Assembly: GCA_004431415.1 (NCBI GenBank)
Contig: QPMI01000637.1
Span: 62,001 to 126,000 of the forward strand
DNA: 64,000 nt
Origin: Cyanophora paradoxa CCMP329
Lineage: Eukaryota; Plantae; Glaucophyta
Reading direction: 5' to 3'
This document shows, one piece after another, positions 35,781 to 53,234 of the stretch (the stretch's first letter is position 1; every line of letters begins with the position of its first letter). The notes beneath the pieces were generated by a model. It was not told the DNA's origin. It saw only the letters and a program-made list of their open reading frames with translations, and did no database searches. The position numbers and the translations under genes were made by a program.

Positions 35781-36718
35781 CGCCCCGCTCTCCGCATTCT
35801 CCGGCGGGCAGCCCGTGCATTGTGGCGGTCTCGATAGGCAGGTTTCTGGTCCGCTTCGCCCCTGAGCTCCTGGACTTCTGAGCTTTACCTTGATCGGTTT
35901 CTGTGTATGCTTTAGTTCCCTGCTTTAGTTCAGGTTTTTGGCCGCGTTTGAGATTCGCTGCCGCAGCCGGTCCGGCAGCTAGTGTTTATGCCGTGAATTT
36001 CGGAACCTTTTCTCTGTGACAACTCGCAGGCAATTGCGAGCCGCACAGCGGCAAGCGCTAAACGTCCGATTCAGCAGCCAGGCTGCAGGCCGCCGGGCCC
36101 AAGTGCCGAATTCGAACTTCTCCCGGGTTTAGCCATGGCCATTAACCGCTGCCGGCGCCGCAGCGCAGGGCCCGCAGCCGTTGAACTTGGCGAGATGCCA
36201 TGATGCATTTGAAGCTTAAACTTGAAATGACATATTTGATTCGATTCAAATTCATGATCATGATCATGGATCGGGCCGCCGGGCCCGGGCCGGGCGCTGC
36301 GATCGAATGCTCGCGCTCAGGAGCCTCCAAGGCTCCGCCGAGCCGGCTCGTCCACCAAGCTCCGCTCAACCCCCATCGTCCCGCCGGTCCGACGGTCAGC
36401 CGTACTATGTATCCGTAATCGTATTGCAGAATTCAATTTTTACAGTAAAATGGGAAAAACTGCGAAGGGCGACAATAGCTGAGATATAGCTGCAGAAAGG
36501 CGAAAGCGGCACCATGATTAGAGGCATTGTTAACTGTACGCGAAAGTAATTCAAAACCGTGGAGGGACCAACCTCTACACGCTCCAGAATACACTCAAAC
36601 GACCAAGAAACCCTAGGGTAGCAGAGCAAGAAGGGGGAGACTGGAGACACCTTGAAATGATAACCATGAAACGGAACGAAAGGTACGATACAGAGAAACA
36701 AGAAGCTAGCGGGCACTG

Positions 36719-39190
36719 CTAGAAGCCGGCGGTGGAGGGGGAGACGGAGGAGCCGAAGGCGTGGTCGACGCAGGCGGCGAGGTCGTGCACGGGGGGCACG
36801 CCGAAGATGGAGCGGAGCGAGGAGAAGGGGTTGCCCCCGGCCAGCGCCATCGCCCGGTCGAAGCGGCCCTGCAGGCGCGGTCGCGTCACGCGCGGTCCGT
36901 GCGGGGCGCGGGGCGGGGGCCGGGGCCGGGGGCGCACGGCGTAGGCGAGGAACTTGGCGTTGGCGGCGCTGACGTCGAGCGGGCGCGTGAAGTCGGCGTC
37001 GAAGTCGAGCGAGAGGCCGGCCTTGCGCCGCAGCTCCTCCTCCTGCGCCGCCGCCACCGCCGCCGCGATCGCCTTCTCCGTCAGCGTCCGCCGCGCCGTC
37101 GCGAAGTCGCTGTTCGGCGCCACCGCCGCCGCCGCCGCCATCGCCGCCGCCGCCGCCGCCGCGCTCGGGCCCGCCCCGCCGCCACCGCCGCCGCCGCCGC
37201 CGCCGCTGCTGCGGCCGCCGCCGCCGACGAAGGTGTGTTGGGACCGTTGCCTGACGCCTGTGCGCTCGCCGCCGCGCTCAGGGCTCCGAGGCTGGCACCC
37301 AGCGACCAGGTGTCTGCGCGCGCACTTGAGCCCAGGCGCGCCTCTGCACAAGATGAGGGCGCGCACTGGAGCTCGGGAGTGCCGGGGGCGAGTTTCCGCC
37401 TGACGGGGTGGTGCCCGTCGGACCCGCGCGGGAGCTGGCCTGCAGGGCAGCCATCGAACGACCCCAGGACAGCCGCATCTTGCACTGGGCTGTTCGCGCG
37501 GCGTCAGTGAGCCCCAAAGCGGTATCCCCGCGGAGGGAAACGCACAGCGCCCGATGGGCCACCCGTTGGCGTACTGGAGGGCCGTCTCCGCGTTCTGATG
37601 TTCGGCGGGCACATGAGCGCGGCCAGCGAGCCGTCCGCGGCGTCCCACGCACCGAGCGCTGGTTGAACTGCACAAAACCGCAGCCCTTGCCGACCGGAAT
37701 CTTCACGTAGGTGAGCCCGCCGAACTGCTGGAACGTCCTGCGCGCAACGCTTGCTTCTAGGAAACGCGCCAGAGGGCAGGCGCAGCGGCGCACGCTCTCA
37801 AGTCGTCCTCGGTAACATCGCTATTCAACCCGCCAACGAAGATCGCTGAGGCGACGCAGGATCAGCGGGGGAAACGGCAAGCGATGAGGCGGGCAAGCGC
37901 GCACTCGTATTCGCGGGGTCCGTGGTGGGGTCGCTGCGGTCGCAGGTTGGTGCTCCGCGCGACAGACAGTCCAGTAAGGGCGCGCACATGTTCGCGGGCG
38001 GGGCGGCCGCGGCCGGAGCAGGCAGAGGCGCAGGGGCCGTCGTTGCTCCAGCGCCAGTCCGCTTCGGGGTCGCGTTGCTGATGCGCATGGGCCGGGTGCT
38101 CAAGAATTGCTGCCGACAGAGCACGTGAGTTCCCGCCATGCACGAGCGAGTGCCCCGGCACCTCCCACGCACCCCGTTCATCTCGACAAGTGCACGCTTC
38201 ATGTCGTCCTCGTTGGTGAAACGGACGAAGCCATAGCCTGCACATTGCGGTTTCAGGCAGGCGCGTGCCCGAAGCGAACAGGCGTCGGACCTCGCGGGGC
38301 GTTCGTCGCCGGATCTGTTATGACCTTTGCAGCTTTCGTTGATGAATATCGTTGCTGGAAGAAGCTCTGCAATGCGCCGCGCAAAGGGCACGAAGCGTCG
38401 GTGGCAGTGCACGAGGGCACGTCGCCTTAAGTCGGGCCTCACCAAGAGCATGAAATCAGTCACATCCTGCGAGAGATCACCAACGAAGATAGAATACTCC
38501 TCGTCCTTCCGCTCCCTGCGCAGATCGAATCCGAACGGTAAGCGCATCTTCACCTCGTGCGACCGGGCTCATAGCAGAGGCACGCACGGTGTCTTGGTGC
38601 TCGTTCCGAACGATCCCCAGTTCAGCCGGAAGTACTGCGAGCGTCGCGGTGAGCGGGCGCCGCGAAACAGGCACAGCAATTATTAGGGGGCCCGTGCGGA
38701 TACGGCGCGAGCGAGGGCTGTGCGAGCGCTCACCTTGCCCGTGTTAGGAATAGGCTGGCCGCTGAAAGCCTGCAGAACCCGGAAAGCTGCTTCGTGCGAC
38801 GCGAACTCGATGAATCCGTATCCTAGCATGTTCCCAGATAGCTTGTCGCTGCCGCTGCCATCACGCACGGCCCCTCGGCATGCGAAAAGGACTTCTGTGC
38901 ACACCGTATGACCTTCACGTTGATCATCTCCGTTTGGGAGAAGAGCTGGGTCAGGTACGCCTCGTCCATATAAGGCTGCGCGCGCCGTCGGCAATGCGCC
39001 AAGGGCCCGACGATGCAGGCATCGACGAACCTCAAGGTCTCCAATCCATAGCTAGCGAAAGAGGGCGCGTGTGAGAACTGGAACGTCGCGAACGAGCGTC
39101 GCATCTTACCGTCTTGATGCCGGACGGGTCTGAGCTGCTCGTGCCGTTGCTCATCGTCCCGCTTGTGCTAGCCCCATCAAAAGAACCCAT
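36719..39190 (-). CDS. Triple-RRM RNA-binding protein, RBP45/RBP47/NAM8/TRNAU1AP family
   Basis: TLWIGDLEPYMDEAYL..GYGFIEF..FRLNWG; EYSIFVGDL..GYGFVRF..RPMRISNATPK; DPANT.IFVGGL..KIPVGKGCGFVQF..MRLSWGRS. Confidence 0.92.
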
Positions 39191-40665
39191 CCCGCCTGAT
39201 GGGCTCCGAACTTCGCGCGGGCTGCTTCTCTCTGGGGGTACAGAACGAGCACAATGCAAAATGAAAGTCGGAGGAAAAAAACAGGAAAAGGAGCGCCAAT
39301 TAATGTTAAACCCATCGCGATCGCGATCGTGCGTAAATCATGAGATGCGCCTGCAGCTGCAGCTGGCCGTCCAGCTCTCAGGCCTAGGCGGCTAGGCCTC
39401 CTGCAGCTGCAGGCTGCCAGGCTGCAGCCTCTCAGGGCTGGCGGGGGGCAGCGCGAGCTGCAGGCCCGGCCAGCTGATCATGATGATGCCATGATGATCA
39501 CCCCTCGCCCGTGCACATATGCATGCCGCAAGCGCAGTACTAGTGCACGTGCCCGTGCGCGTACGTACACGCGTGCGCATGAATTTCGAATTCGAAGCTT
39601 CACGTGCATTTCTAATTCTAGATCTCAAGAATAATGTATACGTGCATGTAGCGCTCGCATGATAATCCAGTACGTACACGTGCACGTCTCTGGATTTAAT
39701 TAGGTTTTCAATTAATCAGATATTCGAATTTTGCACTGCGCATGCATCTATGCATATGCATGCGCATGCGGCAGGGGCAGCCGGAGCAAGAAATAGTTCA
39801 AACTCTTAGCGAAACTCTTCTCTCTTCTCTTAACGTAATCGATGATCAGCGCTAGCAGCAGCCGCGCGCGCGCGGTCGGCCGCGCCGCGCGCCACCTGCA
39901 CGGCACGCGCGATCCGTCACTTGCGATACCAGTAACGCTGTCAATGAAGAACTCAGACAGATCTAGAGCTCACCGTAACCGGCGAGGCCCTCAGGGTTGC
40001 CGCAGAAGTCCTGATCATGAGGTCCCAGCAGAAAAATAATGAGGGTTGCCGCGGTTCTCGCGGGTGTCGGGCGCAGTGAATCTGCGTTGTCTCGAATGAA
40101 CACGACAGCCAGTGGGAGCACGTGTCATTGCGGCACCGAACGCTCCGGTCCTAGCAGCATGTTGCGTGCGACCGCCACGCGCGAGCGCCGCAGCGGCAGA
40201 ATAGAAGCAGCACGATCGTACACGCAGCGGGCAGCGCGCGCGCCCGGGCGCCTGGCTGGCATGCACATGAGCCTCAGATCTCCTGAAGGTACAGCCTCAG
40301 AGCGGTCAAGGGACGCACAAGAGATGAGCGCACCGCGAATGATCATGAGTTCCCGCGCCGAGCCCGCCGAGCATCAGTTGCCCTGCCAAGCGAGCCGCAC
40401 CGCCGATAAGTTGCCCTGCTAGTGGCAGCGTCGCCGCGGCGCTGAATGCATGGGCAGCATTGGCTCATCTACACAAGCGCGCTACGAGCACACAGGCCCG
40501 GCCCGGCGGCCCGCAGAAAGTTTGAAGGGCCGGCAGCTTCGAGGCTCTTCTAGCTACCCCCCCCCCCCCTCATTTGACAACTACCCCCGAAGGAAAGAAG
40601 TCGAGCTGGAAGGCGAGCAGCGGCCCGAGAAGAAGCAGCGCACAACCGAAGAAGCCGCAGCGGAG

Positions 40666-41777
40666 ATGGACTCTAACAACACCGTCCGCCAGCCTCAGGC
40701 TCCGGTGCTCTGCGCGAAGGGATGCGGTTTCTACGGGTGCGTTTCCGCGGCCATCTGAGCATTCCGCTGCCAGCGGCGCAAGAAACGTTCTTCCCCCCTT
40801 CTCCTTAGAGCTTAGAGCGTTCTCGTTCGCGCCGGGCCGCGCAAGCCGTGGCGCACACCCAAATTATGCTCACTTCGGCCCGCAGCAACCCGATGACCCT
40901 CAACATGTGCAGCAAGTGCTACCGCCAGCATGAGTCGGAGCAGAAGTCCACGGAGAATCTTCAGAAGCAGGCGAAGGCTGAGGGTGAGTGCTGCTTCCCC
41001 GATGTCATCCAGGCGTCACGGATGTGGGCGGCCCCCATTAGAAGGGAAAGGGGCCTTCTTATGCATCTAGATGCGATCCACTCGCGAAGAAGGGGCTATT
41101 CCTAAGTCTCCTGGCCACCCGAACCGCTCATGTGACAACACGCGTGCCCGCTCTTCCACGCCACTCCCAGTGGCCGTTAAACGTGTTTTGCGCACTACCC
41201 CAACAGTTTTCGTCGATTACGCGCTTGTAACGCGCAATCCCACACCCTCACACTTACTCCCTCTGTTCACTCACCCATGACGTTTCGGATCACTCACTTC
41301 TGCCGCGCAGCGGAGAAGATGGAGGTTGACTCGGAGTCTTCCAAGCAAGCCAGGACTGCGGATGCCGCCCCTGAATCCGCCCCAGCGGACGTGCCCACAC
41401 CCGCAGCGGATGCCGAGGCGCCGACCGCGTCGTCGTCTGAGAAGGTGGAGCCAGCACCAGTGACTCCGGTCTCGGAGGCCAGCAGCAGCACCGCGCCCGC
41501 TCTCGCGAGCACGGTCGCTCCGGCGAGCGAGGCTGTTGTCGCACCCGCAGCAGAAGCCACCCCGGAGCCGCCGAAGCAGACGCAGACCAACCGTTGCTGG
41601 TCTTGCAATAAGAAGATCGGCCTCACGGGCTTCAAGTGCCGCTGCAACTACGTCTTCTGCGGGGAGCACCGCTACTCCGACAAGCACAGCTGCACGTTCG
41701 ACTACAAGACTATGGCGAAGGACCTGCTGGCCAAGGCCAACCCTGTCGTGCAGGCGGCCAAGGTCGAGAAGATCTAA
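40666..41777 (+). CDS. A20/AN1 zinc-finger stress-associated protein (SAP/ZFAND5-like)
   Basis: A20: [25 protein letters not shown]1: [52 protein letters not shown]. An in-frame upstream ATG exists at 40450. Confidence 0.95.
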
Positions 41778-42476
41778 GCCACTTGCACTCTCTTTCCCAT
41801 TTCAAGCCTTCCGCCTCGTCACTCGTCTCCGCCTCTCGCCAACAACCAGTCTCGGCCCATCCCCGCCACACATCCACCCCGCAGACTTTCTGCGTCCCTG
41901 CGCATGCGCCGCTCCGAATCCCAGCGTCGGCGCACAGCGCATCTTGTATAGTGAGCCCTGGCCGCTCCAGGGCTTCGAGGGGTCCTTCTCCTAGTCCCGT
42001 GGTCTCGTAGTCGTCTCGTCCCCGTAGCTGTAGATCATCCGAACCTTTACCCTTCTTTTGCTTGGACTCGTGTCTGTGCAGCGTTCGCTACGGATCGTGT
42101 TTAGGCCTGCTGTTGTGTTTCTCGAGGTCCCTGTACTTGTACTTAGGCAGCGCGCTGAATGCGATTAATTGCTTTCAACTTTCATCACCCGTCCGCCTTC
42201 GCCCGCCTCGCCGCTCCCTAGCTCTCGTCGTTTGTGTGCGCCGGGCGTGGAGATCGCGTGGACCGTGCAGCTCCGGATGCAGTGCGTGCAGATGCAGGTA
42301 CATGCGAGCTCCAGCTCCACGGAAGATCGGTTAAACAAGACACGAGTGTATCAAACGTAACAGGCGCTCGGCGCCCCCGTCCGATGGTCGGGGAAATCAA
42401 AGGATCCTACAGCTGCACTGACGAAGCACACACTAAGCTGGCTACTGGCAAGAAGAAAGGCGGCTTGGCGCGGAGC

Positions 42477-47793
<5,317 letters not shown>

Positions 47794-48641
47794 CGGGCTG
47801 ATCGACGATGATGCCGTGAACGATGTGTACCCGGGTCGGCCCCGCCTCAGGGGCCACCACCTACCTCACAGCGCGAGCACGGCTCGGCGAAACGCTTCGA
47901 CACCAGCCGCCGCCTCATTACAGCTCCCCAGGTGCATCGCTGATCCAATTCGATCCAGTTCTGCTGTGAGATCCGATGATCCCCTCTAATTTAATTTACT
48001 GTTTAATTTACTGTGATCATGATTTCTCTAGCTGTGAGATCCCCTCTGGGGATAGCTTGTATGAAAGGGCCCAAGACCCGGGGTCTGCGGTCATTGTATA
48101 TACGTAGTACTAGTCACTGAGTGGTGCTCTAGCGGTGTACTCGTCCTTGCGTCCACTGCGCGCGCAAGCGTTGCGGCAGTCCGGCCGCGGCCGCGGCCGC
48201 CGGCGCCGGCAGCCGCGCGCGCGCGGGGATCCACTGGGCATGCCGCGCTGCAGCATGGCTCAAAATCATGCATGCGTACGTCGTCCGAATTAAAAGCTTA
48301 ATTAGGCCTGCGTTGATATGCACATATACACGTGAAAGAAGTTACTCGAACTGGCTACCCTGCAGCTGAACTGTCGAATGAGAAATGAAAAGCGTGAAAT
48401 CGCGCGTGAAATCAAAAAGAAAGGATCGCGTAAATGAGAGAGATTCGAATCAAGTATTATACGAATAACTTAGCAAGGAGTTAATGAAGTTACACGACGC
48501 CTAGCAGCGGGCTGTTATACCGTAATGAAGTATCGTAGAGCTGTACCACTGACTGACCTAGTACTGGATACAACAAACCTCAAATGTGAAGCTACGTCTA
48601 CATGTGGGCGCCGTGGCGGCCGCGGCGAGGAGCGCCTGCGG

Positions 48642-49584
48642 CTAGACCGTGCGGGCGTTGACGATGCGGATGAGCTCCTTCATAGGGACACCGTTGCCGT
48701 CCGAGACCAGCAGCCGCCGGTACGCCGCCGCATCACCCACTGCGCATGCGGATCAGGCGTCACGTCGAGTGCGGGGTCGAGTGCGGGCTCGGGGCGGGGC
48801 TGGCGCACCGCGCTTGACCATCTCGCCGTGCGCGCCGCTGGCGACGGTGGACATGACGCCGGCGACCGCCGGGGAGCCCTCCACGAAGCCCGTCTCGACG
48901 AGCCGCACCGTGCCGCTGTCCGGGTCCTCGATCCACCGCATCTGCGCGTTGATCCGCACGCTGCCGGCCCACGCCTCCACCTCGAAGCCCGCGCAGGTAC
49001 TCAGCGGCTGCACCCGCGCCCCGTACGTGCCGCGGGGCAGGACGGCGCCGGCGAATCCTCCTATGTACTTCTGGACGTCGAAGCGGCCCTCGCCCTCGTC
49101 GGGGATGCTCCTCGCGCCTGTGATGTGCGGGTGGTACGCGTACGGGCCGAGGCCCATCGTGGCCGGCGACGTGAGGATCGCGACGACGTCCTCCGCCGAG
49201 GCCTTCACGCTGTGCGAGTTCTCGAACTTGTGCCGCATCGAGAAGAGCGGCTTCGGCGAGGGGGCCGGAGTCGGAGACGGCGGCGGCGTCGGCACGCGCG
49301 CCACGCGGCCGGCCTGCTCCGGAGTGCTCACTGCCTCGCACCTGCAACAGCGGTCCGCGATCAGTGGCGGTTGATCCCTAATAATGAGGATTCGCGGGAG
49401 ACGCCGAAGGCTTCGAGCTCCGCCTAACTCTCGCAGAAACACGTAAATAAGAGCTCGAATGGATGCGTACCGGAACTCGTACTCGCGGAGCTCGCGCCGC
49501 GGCCGGGATGTCGACGGGCGTGCGGAGTCGGAGGCGCGGCGGGCCTCGAGGGCGGCGCCGAGGAAGGAGGGTCGCGCGGAGCAT
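48642..49584 (-). CDS. Hypothetical protein, possibly SRPBCC/START-like fold, with organellar-presequence-like N-terminus
   Basis: FENSHSVKASAEDVVAILTSP..HPHITG..GTVRLVETGFVEGSPAVAGVMSTVASGAHGEMVKR; Arg-rich start MLRATLLPRRR. Fold call is by pattern only. Confidence 0.5.
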
Positions 49585-49854
49585 GCCTGGGCGGCATCGG
49601 AGGAGCCCAGAGCGGCGTGGGCTGGGAGCCTCGCAGCCGGGGCGCTGAGAAGAACGCAAGGCGTCAGCTAATCATTCGCGTGCCGAGAGCGAGGGTCGGC
49701 GACAAAGCGAACCAGGGTGCGGAGAAGAACATTTTAAACGCGTATAACTTGCGGGGACCGCTGGGCGAGCTGGCGGGGACCGCTGGGCGTGCAATTGATC
49801 TCGGTGCACGTGCACGCGTACGCCGCAGTTCGCTCGCTACTGCACTGCCTGAGC

Positions 49855-49908
49855 CTGCTGCTGCTGCTATTGCTGCTGCTGCTGCTGCCACTCTGCTGCT
49901 GCTGCTGC
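49855..49908. repeat. Interrupted (CTG)n microsatellite
   Basis: ctgctgctgctgctattgctgctgctgctgctgccactctgctgctgctgctg in a divergent intergenic region. Confidence 0.8.
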
Positions 49909-50311
49909 TCGCCCCTCCTTGGTTTCCGACCGGTACCGTCGAACGGGCGGGCCGGGTCAACTATTGCCGCCCGGTCCTCCCCCCCCAGTGCCGAGAGACC
50001 ATTGCTCGAATCCCGGCGAGACCCGTCCGCGAGCTGGGTGGAAAGCTGCGAGCCGGGCCGACCGCAGCTGCAGGCGAGGGTCAAATCGCAGTAGACTGCT
50101 TGCGTGCATGGATGCGGTGCCACTGGCGCAGTATGTCTCGACAACTGCTAGATCAGGGCCTCGCATACGCAAACAGGCGGTGGAGGCGGAAGCACCAGCT
50201 CCCCTGAACTCAAAGCGCCGCCGGCGATCGTACGCATCCGCGCCCTCCGACTCACCGCCTTAAGCTTCACGGGGCGCAATCAACACGTCCTGCGCAGCGC
50301 AGAGAAGCGCA

Positions 50312-52972
50312 ATGACGGAGCAGAAGAGCGCGAAGATGTCGACGCTGCAGCTCGCGCCGTTGCGGCCGACAACGCTGGATGTGGGGCGAGGGGCGTTTCC
50401 GGTAAGCGCGAGCGCTAGCTCAGCTCAGCTCAGCGGCCCCCGCTGAGCATCCCGCAGGCTTCTTCGGCGTCGTCGATAAGCGGGGTCGCTTCGCTGCTCG
50501 CATTCCGCCACACGCGTTCGGCGTCCGCCTCGCAACAAGGCATACGGTCCGCGCTCCTCGCACGGCTTCTGCGCCCACGCTTCTGCCCCTTGTCCCCCCG
50601 ACGCCCCGCGCGACTACCAGTGGCATGTCGGCGTGTACGACAAGGCCGAGGTCCATCATCGCTCCCCTCCCCTGCCCCCCGCGCACGCTGGAACCCTGGC
50701 AGGACGCAGGACGCTGGAGGGACCGCTACGTCATCGCCCTCCATGGCCCCCAGGGCGCCGCTCGCCTCGAGCTCCCCACGAACTTCCCCATCGACGGTGA
50801 GCCAGGAGACCAGTTTTAGCGCTTGCGAGCTGTAAACCGCGTAGCTCACTTGGAAATCTCTCTGAAAATCAGAGTACCGAGAGGAGCCTTTCTTCCGCGC
50901 GCTGTTTGGGGCAGGCGAGCCGCCGCCGGTGCGGGACTGTACCCTGGCCCGGTCGCCCTTTGCGCTGCGGTGCTCACCGTTCCAATAGATCTGACAGATT
51001 CGCTGTGCAGGTGGGGGTGCACGACCCCAAGGGTGAGGCGGACCCTGCGGCGGCCTTCGACAGACTGCGGAACTTCCTACGCGCTCTCGAAAGCCAGGGG
51101 GTACGCTGCCCTATTACCCCCCTTACTCAACCCTTTCGACATCCCCAGCAGACGGGCGGCGTTCGGACAGAACGTGAGCGTGTACCCCCTCTGCAGAGAA
51201 ACCCCTCGTCCGGTACCCCTTCCCTTCTCCCGCCCTCTTTGCGCCCCCGGGCCCTCAAGCTAAGGGAGAACGTGCAGGGCTCTTCGGAGTCGTGTTTGTT
51301 CGAGGGAATTTCATCATGAGGGTGCATTTGATTTCGAGCGATGCAGTTCCCCCCCCCCCCCCTTCCCCCCTTTCCAAATTCGCCCCTCCCAACTCTTCCC
51401 CCCAATCTCCGGCCCTACATTCCTCCCGGATTGATTTGAAATCCGCATAGGTCCGATGGCTGAACCATCAGGTGCGCCCCCAGAATGCTTAGATCCCTGT
51501 GTGCCCGCTTCCACGGCCGGTGCTCTTGCTGATCTCGCGATTGTGTCGGCTCGTGCAGTTCGAGCGCTCGTTCCTTGTCGGCGAGGCACGCCATCCGTTC
51601 CCCAACCCACCCCCACCCCCACCCCCACCCCACCCCCACCCCCACCCCCACCCCCCCCCCCCCCCCCCCCCCCTCTCTTTCTCACGATGGGAGGTGCGCG
51701 GGGATGGCAGGAGGCGGCGCGCTGCCGGGACCGGGTCTCCATCTGCTGCTTCGGCCCCGAGGAGGCCGCCCGCCGCTCCCTCAACTTCCCCCCCTCCCGT
51801 GCCCCGCCCCCGCCCTCTTCGGCCCCCTTCGCAAGCTCACTGTACCCCCGCAGACTACCAGGCCGAGGGCTTCTTCCGAGCCCTCTTCGTCGACGTACCA
51901 CCGGTTCGCTGCTCTGCCCAGCCTCGCGCTCGCTCCAATTCCTTCCCTGCTGAGGGGGCCGGGGGCGCGCAGGAGGCGGTGGGGGTACACGACGCGTGCA
52001 GCAGGCAGAGCGCCGCTAGCAAGCAGGCCCGCAGCGACGCCGTGGACCGCCTGCAGGCTTTCTTCGCCCGCCACGCGATCCTGCCTCGGGCCCGCGCCCC
52101 GCCGCGCCCCCGCGTTTCTTGCGCCCCTTGCAGGGCTCACATTCTCGCCGCAGGAGAAGAGAGTCCACTGGTCCACGCGCCGATCGCCAGGGACGCACTT
52201 GCGAAGGCCGGAGACCGGTTCGCGCGCTTCGCCGTGGGCATCTCTCTCAATTTCCCCTCTGATTGCGGCGGTTGCTCGGGGTTGGCAGGCCTCTACGGGG
52301 TGTACCCGGCGCAGCTCTCGCCGCTGCGGTACGCGGCGTTCGTGCCGTGGCGGGGCCGGGAGATCCGGAGCCACTGGGCGCCGGAGGACGTGGGGGAGGC
52401 GGCGCGCTGGCGCGACCGCCTCCTCATCGTCCTGCGGGGGCCCCAGGTCGCCGCCAGGAACGGGCTCAACCACCCCCTCGAGGGCCCGCCCCGCCCCGCC
52501 CCGCCCTGCTCCGCCCCTCCCCGCCTGCCGCAGACCGCTGCTCCGCCTCGGGCAGAGTACGAGGGGGAGGGGTTCTTCGGGGCGCTGTTCGGGGAGGGGG
52601 TCGACCCGCCCCGCGTCGGGCTCTTCGACGAGGAGGCGCGGGAGGACCCCGCCGGCTCCGCCGCCCGCGCCGTCCGGTGCACCGACCCCCCGCCTCCCCA
52701 CGCCCAGATCGCATCTGAGCTCCGGATCCGGCTCAGGTTCCTAAGGGAGCAGAGCGCCGCGGGGGCCCCCCGCGCCGTGGTGCGCCGGCGCCGCGCGGCG
52801 CCCCTCGGCCCCTCCCGACGGCGGGGCGGGGCGGGGGTGGCAGGGGGAGCCGCTGGTGGAGGAGGACGGGGCCAGCGAGGCGGCGTGCTCCGAGGACGGC
52901 GACTGCGCCCCCGCGGAGGAGGCGGAGGCGGAGGGCGGGGGCGAGGTCGAGGGCGAGGGAGGGGAGGGGTAG
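50312..52972 (+). CDS. Hypothetical protein made of three diverged copies of an unrecognised domain plus an acidic tail
   Basis: Three occurrences of A.R[W/C]RDR..I...GP..AAR...N[F/H]P..[E/D]Y..E.FF.ALF....PP.VG..D, each with an intron just before the [E/D]Y motif. Ends EEAEAEGGGEVEGEGGEG*. Confidence 0.65.
51605..51672 (+). repeat. (CCCCCA)n / poly-C tract, G-quadruplex-prone on the minus strand, intronic
   Basis: Runs of cacccc/ccccca followed by a long C homopolymer. Confidence 0.75.
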
Positions 52973-53234
52973 CGGTACATGTGCTCGATTCTTGTCTGTG
53001 CGATCATGATAAAATGTTTGGCATGGCGCCGGCGCCGTGGCATGCATGGCGCCGTGGAGGTCCCGCGCGCCGCAAGAATTTTCGAATTTCGTGATCACAG
53101 CTTTAAAATCATAGATTCGAATCACATCATTCGCGTGATCATGAGCTCTATACTAGCTTCAAATGAATTCCAGGGATCCAAATTAAATGTAATTTATCGA
53201 CTTGGAGCCGCGCCCCCCGGCCCGGTCTCGCGGC

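Noticed and set aside
39540-39640. Cloning-vector polylinker contamination
   Set aside because: The site order matches no vector I recognise, there is no vector backbone, and the same palindrome texture occurs in many separate intergenic regions.
11451-41777. Functional stress/cell-death gene cluster (TRAF, LSD1, GSS, SAP, PDI)
   Set aside because: The genes are interspersed with unrelated housekeeping genes and there is no evidence of co-regulation; chance in a gene-dense genome is sufficient.
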